Part shown: piece after piece, positions 1 through 13,553 of the stretch
How the letters are laid out: every line of letters starts with the position of its first letter
Numbering within the stretch: position 1 is the stretch's first letter
From: Candidatus Obscuribacterales bacterium
GTDB lineage: Bacteria > Cyanobacteriota > Vampirovibrionia > Obscuribacterales > Obscuribacteraceae
DNA length: 64,000 nt
NCBI GenBank assembly: GCA_965228855.1
Contig: CBDDIJ010000002.1
Coordinates: forward strand, 2,016,001-2,080,000
Reading direction: 5' to 3'
Translations under genes and position numbers: made by a program
The notes under the pieces: generated by a model
The model's input: only the letters and a program-made list of their open reading frames with translations
Database searches by the model: none
What the model was told of the DNA's origin: nothing

Positions 1-645
1 GTTTTCCCATCGGCTTTTGGCGAATTCACAGTTTACGGTTACAGAAACACACTCGACGGCCAGGAGCATATTGCCTTCGTCAAGGGCGATGTGGAAAACC
101 AGGAAGACGTACTCATTCGCGTTCACTCCGAATGCTTGACCGGCGATGTCTTCGCCAGTCTGCGTTGCGATTGCGGACCGCAGCTTGAAGCAGCGATGGC
201 GATGATTGCTAAAGAGGAGCGCGGTGTTCTCATTTATCTAAGACAAGAAGGTCGTGGTATTGGTTTGCTCAATAAAATCAAAGCCTACGCCTTGCAAGAT
301 ACGGGACAAGACACTGTTCAAGCGAATGAATCATTAGGATTCAAACCCGATTTGAGAGACTATGGAGTCGGCGCTCAGATGCTTGCCGATCTCGGACTGA
401 CTTCCGTCAGATTGATAACAAACAATCCGCGCAAAATTGTCGGACTGGAAGGATATGGTTTGATCGTCAAAGATCGAGTCACACTGCCGCCCGCCTGCAA
501 TAGCCACAACCTCGGTTACTTGCTAACCAAGAAAGAGAAGATGGGTCACTGGCTCGAAAACCTGGAAGCGTCGTCAGTAAATGGGGGCGACGAACAACCC
601 GAGGGAAAGCCCTCGAAGCACAAAATTAAGGCGGCCGCGAAATAG
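1..645 (+). CDS. ribA: GTP cyclohydrolase II, 5'-truncated by the window edge; probably the C-terminal domain of bifunctional RibBA
   Basis: Frame is open from base 1 ([30 protein letters not shown]...). Motifs [51 protein letters not shown]. Confidence 0.95.
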   Translation, partial: VFPSAFGEFTVYGYRNTLDGQEHIAFVKGDVENQEDVLIRVHSECLTGDVFASLRCDCGPQLEAAMAMIAKEERGVLIYLRQEGRGIGLLNKIKAYALQDTGQDTVQANESLGFKPDLRDYGVGAQMLADLGLTSVRLITNNPRKIVGLEGYGLIVKDRVTLPPACNSHNLGYLLTKKEKMGHWLENLEASSVNGGDEQPEGKPSKHKIKAAAK

Positions 646-691
646 TTTCCGCAAAATAGTTTCAGTAGTAGTAGACCGCGCTCGGCTGGCT

Positions 692-2053
692 CTACTCGAA
701 ACGGATGCAGTTTTTTGTCGGGTCGATGGTGTATCTAAGTCCCGACAGAAACGACTGACCGAGCAGCGGTCGGTCGAAGTTCGCATCTATGAGTACACCG
801 GCTCGCACGTGCTTGCGTTCGACGTTCCCAACTTTAACGGAATCGACCGTGAACCCAAACGCTTCTCTTTTGGCGCCAACGCCACCACCGTGCCCCTGGT
901 ACGCGCTGGTTGGACGGTTCAATCCGCAGGCAGCCAGGTGTCTGTCTGCGAAACACAGTATGTCTGCGCCTGTATCAAAATACATCTCGCACTCGCGTCC
1001 ATTGACTAAAACGGTTACGACCATGTTGCCACCGTCTCTTCGGAAGGGAACTTCGTTATCCAGAAGTTTTGGCCGTTGAACCTGTGTTCGACGGCCGGTG
1101 CTGGCGTTTAAACTTGAACTTGAGCTATTGAGCGCGAAAGTGGTCTCCGCCGGTTTCGAGAAAACAATTACTTCGTGCGCGTCATCAACTGAGTAAGGTA
1201 AGTCTGAAAAGAAAGTCTGCCCGAGCAGAGGTAACGGAAAAGTGTCCGGCATGTTTCTGTTATCCTGCACAGTCAGCGGAATTTGACGTTTCAAATCTCC
1301 AACCCTTAAATCAACCATCGCCACAGTCGTCGGAATTTCTCCGCCCACTCCAAGAGCTCTGCCGTGGATATTCGTTCTTTTGACTTTGATGTTGTGACTG
1401 GCTAAAAAAGTCTCCGTGCAAGTCGTCGAAGATGCTCCCGTATCAAACACCATTGTGATTGGAACACCGCCCATTTCCGCGTTCACGATCATCCCGCCGC
1501 TTCCCTTTCTGAATGGAACGGCGACCTGTTCCGGTAGTCCGGACCAATCAATCGGACCGGTTCTGGGAATATCTACGTTTTTAATCGCAGCAGCAGCGGC
1601 GACGGGATCGAGCACGGCAAGCGTTTTCAACGAGTTCCTGGCGGCTGGACTCTGCGGATACTTCGAGAAGACGTATCGATACGCGGCAGCTGCTTCCTTC
1701 AGCCTGCCCAGCTGATGGTAGCAGAGAGCTCGATAATAGGCTGCATTCGCGGCTTGCGTCGAATCAATTTTTCCAGTCTCAAAGATTGCGAGCGCGTCTT
1801 TGAATTTCTTTGTGTTGTATAAACCGACTGCTTTTGAATAAGCGTTTTCAGTAGTTGGCGCTTGTGATTGAGCGGCTCCGGCGAGAATGCAGATTATTGC
1901 AAGGCAGATCAAGATCAATGCAATCAGATTTGAAAAACTGAAAACGTTTTCGCTCGTTCTTGTGCGGCTGAGAACGACTGACCTGCTCCACATGGCTACG
2001 ATGTGCTTATTTTGCTGTTGTTTTCGAGGCGGAATGTGAGGGTTTATAGACAT
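692..2053 (-). CDS. Exported TPR-domain protein with two retropepsin-like aspartyl protease domains
   Basis: Hydrophobic signal/TM segment (LIALILICLAIICILAGAAQSQA); TPR helices (YYRALCYHQLG); two DTG motifs (VFDTGAS, YFDTGAD), each followed by an LLGQ(T/S)F motif. True start probably downstream of 2053. Confidence 0.85.
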   Translation of the reverse strand: MSINPHIPPRKQQQNKHIVAMWSRSVVLSRTRTSENVFSFSNLIALILICLAIICILAGAAQSQAPTTENAYSKAVGLYNTKKFKDALAIFETGKIDSTQAANAAYYRALCYHQLGRLKEAAAAYRYVFSKYPQSPAARNSLKTLAVLDPVAAAAAIKNVDIPRTGPIDWSGLPEQVAVPFRKGSGGMIVNAEMGGVPITMVFDTGASSTTCTETFLASHNIKVKRTNIHGRALGVGGEIPTTVAMVDLRVGDLKRQIPLTVQDNRNMPDTFPLPLLGQTFFSDLPYSVDDAHEVIVFSKPAETTFALNSSSSSLNASTGRRTQVQRPKLLDNEVPFRRDGGNMVVTVLVNGRECEMYFDTGADILCFADRHLAACGLNRPTSAYQGHGGGVGAKREAFGFTVDSVKVGNVERKHVRAGVLIDANFDRPLLGQSFLSGLRYTIDPTKNCIRFE

Positions 2054-2121
2054 GGATTTGTAAGGCTAAACGTTGGACCTATTCTTTTGCTTCCCATCTT
2101 GATTGTTTACTTCAAGGTTCT

Positions 2122-3399
2122 TCAGCGCTCGAACCTGATAACGTTTCTCGATGGATCGACCGTAAAATGCAACCCTTCAAAGAAGCTCTGACCGAGCAGC
2201 GGTCTTGAAAATTTAGTATTGAGAAGCACTGCGGCGCTGACTTCCTTTTTCTCAATCGGACCGAGCTTTATGTTGTCCACGGTGAAGGCATAGCTATCGC
2301 GTCTGCCGTCTACCGTTCTGCGCACGGTATTTGTCGCTTCAACCGGTCGGTTGAGACCACATTGCGCGAGATGACGGTCGGCAAACACAACCTGACTCGC
2401 GCCCGTGTCCACATACATTTCACATTCCCGGTTATTGACCCTGGCCTTCACTACGATATGATGTCCATCGCGAGTAAAAGGTACCTCACGGTCTGTAAGC
2501 TTGATTGGGGCGTCGTTTTTGGACTTAAACCGATTTGTCGGTTTTAACACAATCACTTTACGTCTTGTGTCGATTTCATAGGTCAAGTCGCCGAAAAAGC
2601 TCTGACCGACGATCGGGCAGTTGTCGTAAGATGCGTAAAGGCTATCCGGCGAATCTTGTTCCACATAAATTTTATCGTCTCGTACAAACGAGCCCAGGGC
2701 AATGCGAGCGACAGCGATGTTCGCGATCGTTTCCTTAAAAGCGCCGGGGACTATGGCGTTTTCCTTCGTCCAGTTGAACTGCCAGTTGTTTTTGTTCGCG
2801 AAACTCTGCCGGCAGAAGGTGACACCAGATCCGGTATCAAACAGAATTTTGCACTTTCTGCCGTCAATGGTGCCATCGATGTACATTCGACCGTCCATGG
2901 CCTCTTCCGTGTATCTGAGCACGTAGCCGTTTGAAGGTGTCGTGGCGAATGCGCTTTGTTTAACAATGGAAGAAGCCGTCACGAACGACTCAGGCACGCG
3001 ACCAGTCTCCTTAGCCGTTTCCAGTGCTTGCAAACGAGCACCCAGCTGTTTCATCATCTCGAAGGACTTGTCGCTGTAAGGAGAGTTTGGATAATTCGTG
3101 CATACCACCTTGTAAGAATCGTGCGCTTCTTGCATTTTGTTGAGCTGTTGATAGCTCATGGCCAGGTAGTAGACCGATGCCGCCGTGTTGATGTGGCGTT
3201 GGGCTGCTGAGCGAAAACATGATGCAGCCTCCTCGTAAAGCCCTTTCTTGTAAGCGGCGACTCCTTTGTCGAATGATGTTTCAGTCGCAAGTGCTGGAAG
3301 CGGTTTCATTGCGATTGCGCTGAGCCACAACAGCGTGATTAGGGGAAGCGATGTCAACGCGACTGAGATGCAGAGCGTGGTAATTCGGTTTGTTCGCAC
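2122..3399 (-). CDS. Exported TPR-domain protein with two retropepsin-like aspartyl protease domains (paralog of 692..2053)
   Basis: Signal peptide; TPR (YYLAMSYQQL); LFDTGSG...IVGQSFF and YVDTGAS...LLGQSFF. C-terminal domain strongly similar to the neighbour (EVPFxRDG, RECEMY, FADRHLAxCGLNRP). Confidence 0.85.
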   Translation of the reverse strand: MRTNRITTLCISVALTSLPLITLLWLSAIAMKPLPALATETSFDKGVAAYKKGLYEEAASCFRSAAQRHINTAASVYYLAMSYQQLNKMQEAHDSYKVVCTNYPNSPYSDKSFEMMKQLGARLQALETAKETGRVPESFVTASSIVKQSAFATTPSNGYVLRYTEEAMDGRMYIDGTIDGRKCKILFDTGSGVTFCRQSFANKNNWQFNWTKENAIVPGAFKETIANIAVARIALGSFVRDDKIYVEQDSPDSLYASYDNCPIVGQSFFGDLTYEIDTRRKVIVLKPTNRFKSKNDAPIKLTDREVPFTRDGHHIVVKARVNNRECEMYVDTGASQVVFADRHLAQCGLNRPVEATNTVRRTVDGRRDSYAFTVDNIKLGPIEKKEVSAAVLLNTKFSRPLLGQSFFEGLHFTVDPSRNVIRFER

Positions 3400-3414
3400 A
3401 GCTTCTCGCGTGTT

Positions 3415-4536
3415 TTAACGGCTCAGGAGAGTTTCGTAGAATTCGACTTTAGCTTTGTCTTTCCGGTGATTATACAAAGATATCAGCTTCTGGACGTCTT
3501 TCGGGTTTGCATCGGCACCGTCATGTTTGACTCGTGCTTCTATGCGTTTTAACGCCATAGTCGTGAGAAGCCCTCTTGGACCGAGAAGTAGAAAGGAGAG
3601 CGCGAACGAAACGGCGATTGAAAGCGGCACGAACCAGGGGTTGTCCACGCTCACATGAGCCTTTTGCCAGGCAATGATTGAAGCAATACTTTTATTCGTT
3701 TTGTCCGCATCTACAGTTCTCCCTGAGACACGAAAGCAGTACTCCAGGTCTTGAAGTGTTTTCAAAACGCGATCGCTGTTGGGACCAAACTCGCGTTGAC
3801 GCATCTTCAGCGCTTCTGAGTAAGCCTGTATCGCCTCTTCGTAGCGCTTTTGACTGGTCAAAGAGTTGCCTAGCTTTGTGAGCGCGTTGCCCAGGTGGTG
3901 GTAGCCGCTAGTTTCCTTCCATAGCGCGATCGACTGACGGCTGTATTTCTCTGCGTCGACTGGTCGGTTTCTCTTCAGTGCGATGAATGCGTAGTTGCCA
4001 AACATCTCTGCAATCATCGGATGTTTTTCGCCGTAGATTTCTTTTCGAATATCGAGAAGAAAGTCCGACAGATGTTCAGCTTCGTCGAGTTTGTCGACTT
4101 CGATGTACGCTCCTGCCAGAAGTTCCGCCGACAGCGCCGGATGAACCCCGGGAATTCTGTACAGCGGATTGAGTAGATACAGCTTCTTCGCGGCTGCGAG
4201 CTGATTCGCGCAGGTCAGGCTCAGGCAGCTGAAATCATAGGCGAGAAACAAAAGCACCACCAGCGCCACCACGTTGGAAACCGTTTTGACAGCCTTCCAA
4301 CCCTGTCTGGTTGCTTCTGTTTTATTGCTGAGTTCGTCAAGAACGGCTTGTTGCACTTCTCTTGCATTGCGCGCCTTCTTGCGACTGCGAAAAACGATTA
4401 CGGCTATGAACACAATTACTTCTACGGCAACAGCGGCAACAAGTTCCTTCGTCGGGCATGCGATCGCATAGACGACGAAGTACAAAAGCGTTATGAGCGC
4501 TATCGCGTAGCCGAGTTTCGCAGACAGAGTCGTCAA
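3415..4536 (-). CDS. Membrane protein with TPR repeats
   Basis: Three N-terminal hydrophobic segments; kinesin-light-chain-like TPRs (IYGEKHPMIAEMFGNYA, GNALTKLGNSL...YEEAIQAYSEALKMR); C-terminal TM segment. Confidence 0.75.
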   Translation of the reverse strand: MTTLSAKLGYAIALITLLYFVVYAIACPTKELVAAVAVEVIVFIAVIVFRSRKKARNAREVQQAVLDELSNKTEATRQGWKAVKTVSNVVALVVLLFLAYDFSCLSLTCANQLAAAKKLYLLNPLYRIPGVHPALSAELLAGAYIEVDKLDEAEHLSDFLLDIRKEIYGEKHPMIAEMFGNYAFIALKRNRPVDAEKYSRQSIALWKETSGYHHLGNALTKLGNSLTSQKRYEEAIQAYSEALKMRQREFGPNSDRVLKTLQDLEYCFRVSGRTVDADKTNKSIASIIAWQKAHVSVDNPWFVPLSIAVSFALSFLLLGPRGLLTTMALKRIEARVKHDGADANPKDVQKLISLYNHRKDKAKVEFYETLLSR

Positions 4537-4615
4537 CTTGTTTCTCCATGGACGGCATCATCATAATCGCCGCCGGCATGGAAACCAATGTTGTAATTAC
4601 CAGTGAAGCCGAACT

Positions 4616-6100
4616 CTACGAGAAGTTCTGCAGGCCTATTAGACGCTCGGCATGAACAGGATTTTCTTTCCAGAAGCGTTCTACCAGATTCGTCACTTTG
4701 AGCGTTTCCAGAATCGGACCTTCGACTTCGACAAGCCGGAGCATCAGCGCACGGTGAAGCGGAATCTTGCTTTGAATCAAGCTGATTAGACCCTTGCCGG
4801 TCAGCTTGAATGTGATATCCGGACGTTCATCGGAGGGCTCGTGACGGCGCAGGACAATCCGCCCCTCATCGCGCTTCAAATACCACCTGAGGTCCGACGC
4901 TTCTTTTATGAAGAAACCAATTGAGCGTCCTTGCGACATTGCCTTATCTAGCAGCGATCCGCAATTCAGCCACTCCGGAATAAACTCCTCGAAGTAGAAT
5001 CGGGCAATGCGATCGTTGTAGTTGACTATTTCATCTCGCCGTTCTTCTGTGGCATGACCGCCGAAGTGCTTGCCGCGAGCGGCATTTATCGATTTGCTGA
5101 AGTATCTTTCGTCCATCTGGACCGGGGGAATGTGATATCTCCCTGCGACTTCAAAGAGATTTCGATTTTTAACCTGAACATTGTCAGTCAAAAGCTTTCT
5201 CAGCACAGGCGGCAATGTAAGCCTGTCTTCGTCATCATCTCGAATCGTAACGCCGAGACTCTTACCTACGTAGCCCAGCAACTCGGAATTGAGAAGCGGA
5301 TTGGTTGGAATAATGTTCAAAATAGACGTGCGCTGTTCGTCTTCGAGGAAGCGCCAGAACATGTAAACTGCAGTGTCCACCGGCATCAACCACAGAAATG
5401 AATTCGGATGGAAGCGCATTTTAATTTCTTTGTTTTCGCGTTGCATCTGATTAATCTCGTCTGCTTTATTCGCGAGTTCCTTCAGCATCGGATAGATGCC
5501 TGTGTAGTTCAATGCAAAGCCGTCATCGGTTGCTCCTGCAAGCATCGGCATTCGCACCAGATACCACGGAAAGCCCCAATTCTTGAGCTTCTCGACCAAG
5601 CGCATTTCATATTGCTGGCAAGTGCTTTCCCATGTTGTTTGCGGTTTACGGCGCGTAAAATTTGTCTCTTCCGGAACCACACCATCTTGTTGCACTCCGC
5701 CGTACAGTGAGGAGATGATGTACAGAGGGGCTGATTTCGTGCCTCTCAAAACATCCTTCAGCTCCGCCGCTGACCACGGTGCTCGCGGCGCGCGCGACTC
5801 GTCAAAGTTGGGCGGCATGCCTGAGAAAATTACGGCATCATATGTGGTGCCTTTGGGAAACTCACCTTGTTCGACAATTTTGATCTTGTCCTGGAAAACT
5901 TTGGCTTTGCCGTGACCGCCGAATGATGTGTCGAGCTCCGCTTGTACCGACGATCTCAAGTCGAGTGGAGAGAGCGACAACAAGTTCAAAGAACTTTTGC
6001 AGGCGATATGGGTGTGCCAGCCTTTCTTCACGAGCCAGGCGACGAGCGGTCCGGTAAAGCTAGATATTGGACCCCAGATGTAGGCTGTCTTCTGTGCCAT
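4616..6100 (-). CDS. Degenerate extended-SDR/NAD-binding domain fused to a C-terminal SCP2 (sterol carrier) domain
   Basis: Rossmann-like start (AYIWGPISSFTGPLVAWLVKKGWH); extended-SDR features (YIISSLYGG, LVRMPMLAG, LMPVDTAV); C-terminal PDITFKLTG...LHRALMLRLVEVEGP resembles SCP2. Confidence 0.55.
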   Translation of the reverse strand: MAQKTAYIWGPISSFTGPLVAWLVKKGWHTHIACKSSLNLLSLSPLDLRSSVQAELDTSFGGHGKAKVFQDKIKIVEQGEFPKGTTYDAVIFSGMPPNFDESRAPRAPWSAAELKDVLRGTKSAPLYIISSLYGGVQQDGVVPEETNFTRRKPQTTWESTCQQYEMRLVEKLKNWGFPWYLVRMPMLAGATDDGFALNYTGIYPMLKELANKADEINQMQRENKEIKMRFHPNSFLWLMPVDTAVYMFWRFLEDEQRTSILNIIPTNPLLNSELLGYVGKSLGVTIRDDDEDRLTLPPVLRKLLTDNVQVKNRNLFEVAGRYHIPPVQMDERYFSKSINAARGKHFGGHATEERRDEIVNYNDRIARFYFEEFIPEWLNCGSLLDKAMSQGRSIGFFIKEASDLRWYLKRDEGRIVLRRHEPSDERPDITFKLTGKGLISLIQSKIPLHRALMLRLVEVEGPILETLKVTNLVERFWKENPVHAERLIGLQNFS

Positions 6101-6249
6101 TCAATGCGTCCCTTGACTTGCTGGTGCAATCTGTCAGCCTTCTTGCCCTGGCTGAGCTGGTTAACCAAACCACATATCTTACAACCAGTCGGCACGGATG
6201 CGGTCTCGACTCTAGTCAAGAATGGTCGTTTCGTAACATAGGTAAGAGT

Positions 6250-6945
6250 TTAAAGCGGTTTTGAGAAGTCCATAGGGGACTCTACGAGCATTGTGTTTGC
6301 GAATTTGTCGCCGATTCGGCGCCCGTCCGGTTTCGTATACGCCAGCCAGCACTCTGCTGGAATTAGCAGCATGAGATAAGCCGTGCAGATCCAGTTGACT
6401 ACTTGAAATATGAAGGAATTGATGCTGCCCCCAAAGGGCAGGAATTTAATCAGGGTCAAGATACCCAGGACTATCAACGGCAGGAAGAACAAAATGTTTC
6501 GCTTTACGGACTGGATAATCGTCGGCGGCGTACCGGTCGAGGCGTCTACCACTTGCATACCCATAAGGTTTTTGCCGAAGCCGTGTCCTTGATAAAAGTA
6601 GTCGCGAACCAACATTATCGAGATGATGATGGTTTGCTGTGTGATGAGCTTGGTGATGTGCGGAATCAGGTTACTGAGAACCACAAAGACTGGAATAATC
6701 AACAGGCTCAAACCGAACGCCAGAATGACATCCGCCATGAGCGCAATGCCGCGACGTTTTGGGTCGATTGCACTGGTTTCGATTTCATCGTCTGAAACGG
6801 CGCCGGCCTGCGTCGGACGGCTGCGGCTGTTTCCCGAGCCGTTACTGTCCGCGAAGGACTCGTCAGCCTCAAAATCTGCTTGGCCGTTGGGTTCTCTATA
6901 ACGTCTATTGGGTTGGCGCCCGGAGCCGCCGGATGACCTTGTCAT
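6250..6945 (-). CDS. RDD family membrane protein
   Basis: KRRGIALMADVIL, GFGKNLMGMQVVD, SVKRNIL and RRIGDKFANTMLV match the RDD pattern; TM segments. Confidence 0.85.
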   Translation of the reverse strand: MTRSSGGSGRQPNRRYREPNGQADFEADESFADSNGSGNSRSRPTQAGAVSDDEIETSAIDPKRRGIALMADVILAFGLSLLIIPVFVVLSNLIPHITKLITQQTIIISIMLVRDYFYQGHGFGKNLMGMQVVDASTGTPPTIIQSVKRNILFFLPLIVLGILTLIKFLPFGGSINSFIFQVVNWICTAYLMLLIPAECWLAYTKPDGRRIGDKFANTMLVESPMDFSKPL

Positions 6946-7132
6946 GAGTGTTTAAGTACCCGTTTCCTAACCTGTTCAAGCAGGCGTTACACCAAACTTT
7001 CTTTATGATAGTGCACCAGTTCCAAATCGGAACAAATAGTAAGAGGTGGGCGCTTCTTCGCAGAAGGCCGATAAGATCCAGGCAGGTGTTATTTAGCGCC
7101 TGAGAAACCTGATTCTAAGGGGAAGTTTAGTC

Positions 7133-10458
<3,326 letters not shown>

Positions 10459-10540
10459 GATTAATTTCAGCGTTTTAGATACAATCGAACTCAGGCACCT
10501 GAGTTTAAGCTTCAGTGTCCTTGAGGCAGAATCTTGATAG

Positions 10541-11773
10541 TTGATCGAATCGGTATCTGTGATTAGCACCAAGAAAATCTTTCCAGCGTTGATGATAGCG
10601 GTTGTTTTTTCGACCGCCTCACTTTCGTACATGCCTGATGGCAATCTTTCTTTCATTGCTTCGGCTAAGCAAGGGCGAAAGGGGAAGTATTCTGAGAAAC
10701 CGGCAGAAGAACATTTCATTCGCGGAAAACAACAACTGAAGGCCGAAGATTTGGATGGAGCTGTCGATTCTTTTCTTCAAGCTACCTATTTCGCGCGCAA
10801 TGGATATTATCCGGAAGCCTATTACTGGCTTGGTGTCTCTTACATGGACAAAAACGAGGATAAGAAGGCGGTTGAGGCGTTCGAGAAAAACGTTCAGCAA
10901 TCAATTGAGGAGCCGACTGACACCTACCTGGCGCTTGCTGAAATTCACTTGCGCAACAAACGCTGGGACGAATGCCAGGCGGCTTTGCGCAACATCAAAA
11001 AATACGATGAGAAGACGACGCAGAAGATCGAGTTCGTTTACGGGCTGATGGAAGATAAACGAGCGGACTCCGTAGAGTACAAAGAGCCTAAAGTTATGCT
11101 CGGTAAAGCATACGATAAAGGGAATCAGAAAAATCGCGAGATGGCGAAGCAAGCCATGGAGAATGAGCGCAAGCAGCACCTCATGAGTTCCGAATCGCAC
11201 TTCCTGCGCGCGCTGGGTCAGAAACCCTGGAATCAAACGCGAGTATGGTTGTATTACTGTGAATCGAAGATGAAGCAGCAGAAGTGGCAAGAAGCGCTCA
11301 GAGAGCTAAATGCGCTATTCGACTCGAAAGTTCTGGGCAATCAGGTGCGCATGCCATTGGCTCGGATGCATAAAGACATAGGCGTGTGTCGGCTTGCGAT
11401 AGGAGACCACCAGGGCGCCATGGACAATTGGCGAACCGCGCTCGACTATAACAAAAACGACTTTGAAGTCTGGCTTCAGATTGGAATGTTGCTGGAATCA
11501 GAAAGACATTTTTCATCAGCTGTAAGCTATTACAAGGAGTTCTTACGTCTTCGGGATGGCACAGACGACAATCGTCTTGGAGAAGTGCGGAATCGATTGA
11601 CCACGATTGAACACATGTTGAATCCGAATGAAACTACTCCGACTCATGCTAAGCCATCGCAATACATGCGCACCCAATATGATGGCATCGAGCAGCAGGA
11701 GAATCAGGTTAAGTATCAGCGGCAAAAACAGCAACAGCAGGTTCAACAAAACCTGGAGAATTCGCCGTTCTAA
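10541..11773 (+). CDS. Exported TPR-repeat protein
   Basis: Signal-like N-terminus; multiple TPRs (EAYYWLGVSY, TYLALAEIHL, VWLQIGMLLE); Gln-rich tail. Confidence 0.8.
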   Translation: MIESVSVISTKKIFPALMIAVVFSTASLSYMPDGNLSFIASAKQGRKGKYSEKPAEEHFIRGKQQLKAEDLDGAVDSFLQATYFARNGYYPEAYYWLGVSYMDKNEDKKAVEAFEKNVQQSIEEPTDTYLALAEIHLRNKRWDECQAALRNIKKYDEKTTQKIEFVYGLMEDKRADSVEYKEPKVMLGKAYDKGNQKNREMAKQAMENERKQHLMSSESHFLRALGQKPWNQTRVWLYYCESKMKQQKWQEALRELNALFDSKVLGNQVRMPLARMHKDIGVCRLAIGDHQGAMDNWRTALDYNKNDFEVWLQIGMLLESERHFSSAVSYYKEFLRLRDGTDDNRLGEVRNRLTTIEHMLNPNETTPTHAKPSQYMRTQYDGIEQQENQVKYQRQKQQQQVQQNLENSPF

Positions 11774-11890
11774 CCTATTCGAACCAGTACAACAGTTAAT
11801 GAAGTGTTGGTGCGGCACCTGGAAACATCTGGCAGTACGATATCCTGTGTTTTGAAGTTTCTTGCCAGGTATGTTGCGCTGCAGAAGTTT

Positions 11891-12742
11891 ATGCTCTTGC
11901 GGAAAATTTTGGTACTTTTTGTCGTCGCCTTGGGTCTTTATGTCGGGCTTTCCCCGACCGTCGCCTGGCCGATATATCACGCGATTATTTTTAAACCGGA
12001 CAAGCGCAAACACAAAGTCGATCAACATCTGCAGTTCATGGAGGAACACTATCACGTGCGGAAACGTGAGGTTACCTTTCCTTCGGCTAACGGAAAGACT
12101 TTGCACGGTTGGTTTTTCGAGGTGCCTGGAACGAAACGTGTTTTTCTCGCGAGTCAGGGACGCGGCGGTAACATGCGCAAGAAGCTGAACATCGCTCGCT
12201 CCTTACTGATGTGCGGCGGTTCCGTCCTCCTCTATGACTACGAGGGAAATGGTGACAGCGAGGGTGTCGCGACGTTGGAGAATGTTTGCGACGATGCTGT
12301 CGGCGCGTTTGATTTTCTTGTGAAAAATGAGAAGCGCGATGGCAGAGACATCGTAGCCTACGGTCAATCGTTTGGAACGGGTGTTACCGGTCAACTGGCG
12401 AAGCGAAGACCAGTTGGTGCCGTGATTCTGCATTCCGGCTATACATCGCTATTGAGCGCGGGGCGGGACACTCTACCCTGGCTCTGGCTTTACCCGGACA
12501 GCGTTTTCCCTGCGCAAGTACTGGATAACCAGGCCGTCTTTGAAAAGGAGCATCCACCGCTTCTGATAGTGCATGGAACTCGGGACCATCTTCTGGCATA
12601 CCGGCGATCCGAAGAGCTGTACGAGCACGCAAGGCAGCCGAAAACCATGCTCGCCATTCCCGGCGGCGATCATGGCTGCTTTGGGACGTCCAATCAATTT
12701 GTCACGGCCGTTGTTCAGTTTTTAAAAATAAACAGTCTCTGA
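11891..12742 (+). CDS. Alpha/beta hydrolase with N-terminal membrane anchor (ABHD-like)
   Basis: LHGWF, YDYEGNGDSEG, nucleophile elbow GQSFG, HGTRD, GGDH. Start placed at ATG 11891 (MLLRKILV). Confidence 0.9.
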   Translation: MLLRKILVLFVVALGLYVGLSPTVAWPIYHAIIFKPDKRKHKVDQHLQFMEEHYHVRKREVTFPSANGKTLHGWFFEVPGTKRVFLASQGRGGNMRKKLNIARSLLMCGGSVLLYDYEGNGDSEGVATLENVCDDAVGAFDFLVKNEKRDGRDIVAYGQSFGTGVTGQLAKRRPVGAVILHSGYTSLLSAGRDTLPWLWLYPDSVFPAQVLDNQAVFEKEHPPLLIVHGTRDHLLAYRRSEELYEHARQPKTMLAIPGGDHGCFGTSNQFVTAVVQFLKINSL

Positions 12743-12797
12743 CTTGCCGATTCTAAAGTAAATACATTGGTTCTGTTTAACCAGCCAACCTGGCTGT

Positions 12798-13553
12798 ATG
12801 ATCGGACCATTGATGCCCTTTTGGGGATTGAAAGCAGTGGAACTCGAACTAGTCAAAAAACGAACAACCTATTCTCTGACAACATTTTTTGAAACCTGGA
12901 CGCTCACGTTTCGCAGATTTTTTCCGTTGTTTGGGGCATGGGCGGTGTCAGGTGCTCTGCCGGTAGCAGTCATGGTCGTCACCGTGATTTCAGGCGGCGT
13001 TTTGGATGTGCTGAATGGCGCAACGCATCCATCGTGGTGGACGCTGGTCGGAATTCTGATACCAGCTGTGGTGATGGGTTGGTTTTGGGCCGGCTGGCAT
13101 TTCGTTGCGCTGAAAGTCGCGCGGGGAATTCCTGTGCGCTTCTCTGATTTCTTTCGCCCGGCCAATCAGTCTATAAGCGCCCTTGTCGCGCTAGTCATCA
13201 CGAGTACGCTTATCGGATTAGGGATGCTTCTTATCATTCCCGGAGCTCTGCTCTTTTTGCGCTGGCAGCTGACGCCGTTCTACATCGTGGATCGTAACTA
13301 CGGTCCGATCAAGGCGATGAAGCAGAGCTGGCATGACACTGAGATGCTTTTCGTTCCGCTTGCGATGCTGGACCTGATGCTCTGGGGCGTGGCGTTGTTG
13401 ACTGCTCCTACATTAGTTGGTCCGCTGCTCCAACACATGTCATCGACCGTGACGTCGGCGCTTGTTTACAGCAAGTGGTTGACGGATGAGAACAACCCGG
13501 AGATGCCTCGCATCGATAGCGATCACTCGTTCGGTTCTGAAATGCTCGGCTAA
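12798..13553 (+). CDS. Integral membrane protein (DUF975/YciC-like)
   Basis: About five TM segments; GMLLIIPGALL...FYIVDRNYGPIKAMKQSW pattern. Confidence 0.7.
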   Translation: MIGPLMPFWGLKAVELELVKKRTTYSLTTFFETWTLTFRRFFPLFGAWAVSGALPVAVMVVTVISGGVLDVLNGATHPSWWTLVGILIPAVVMGWFWAGWHFVALKVARGIPVRFSDFFRPANQSISALVALVITSTLIGLGMLLIIPGALLFLRWQLTPFYIVDRNYGPIKAMKQSWHDTEMLFVPLAMLDLMLWGVALLTAPTLVGPLLQHMSSTVTSALVYSKWLTDENNPEMPRIDSDHSFGSEMLG

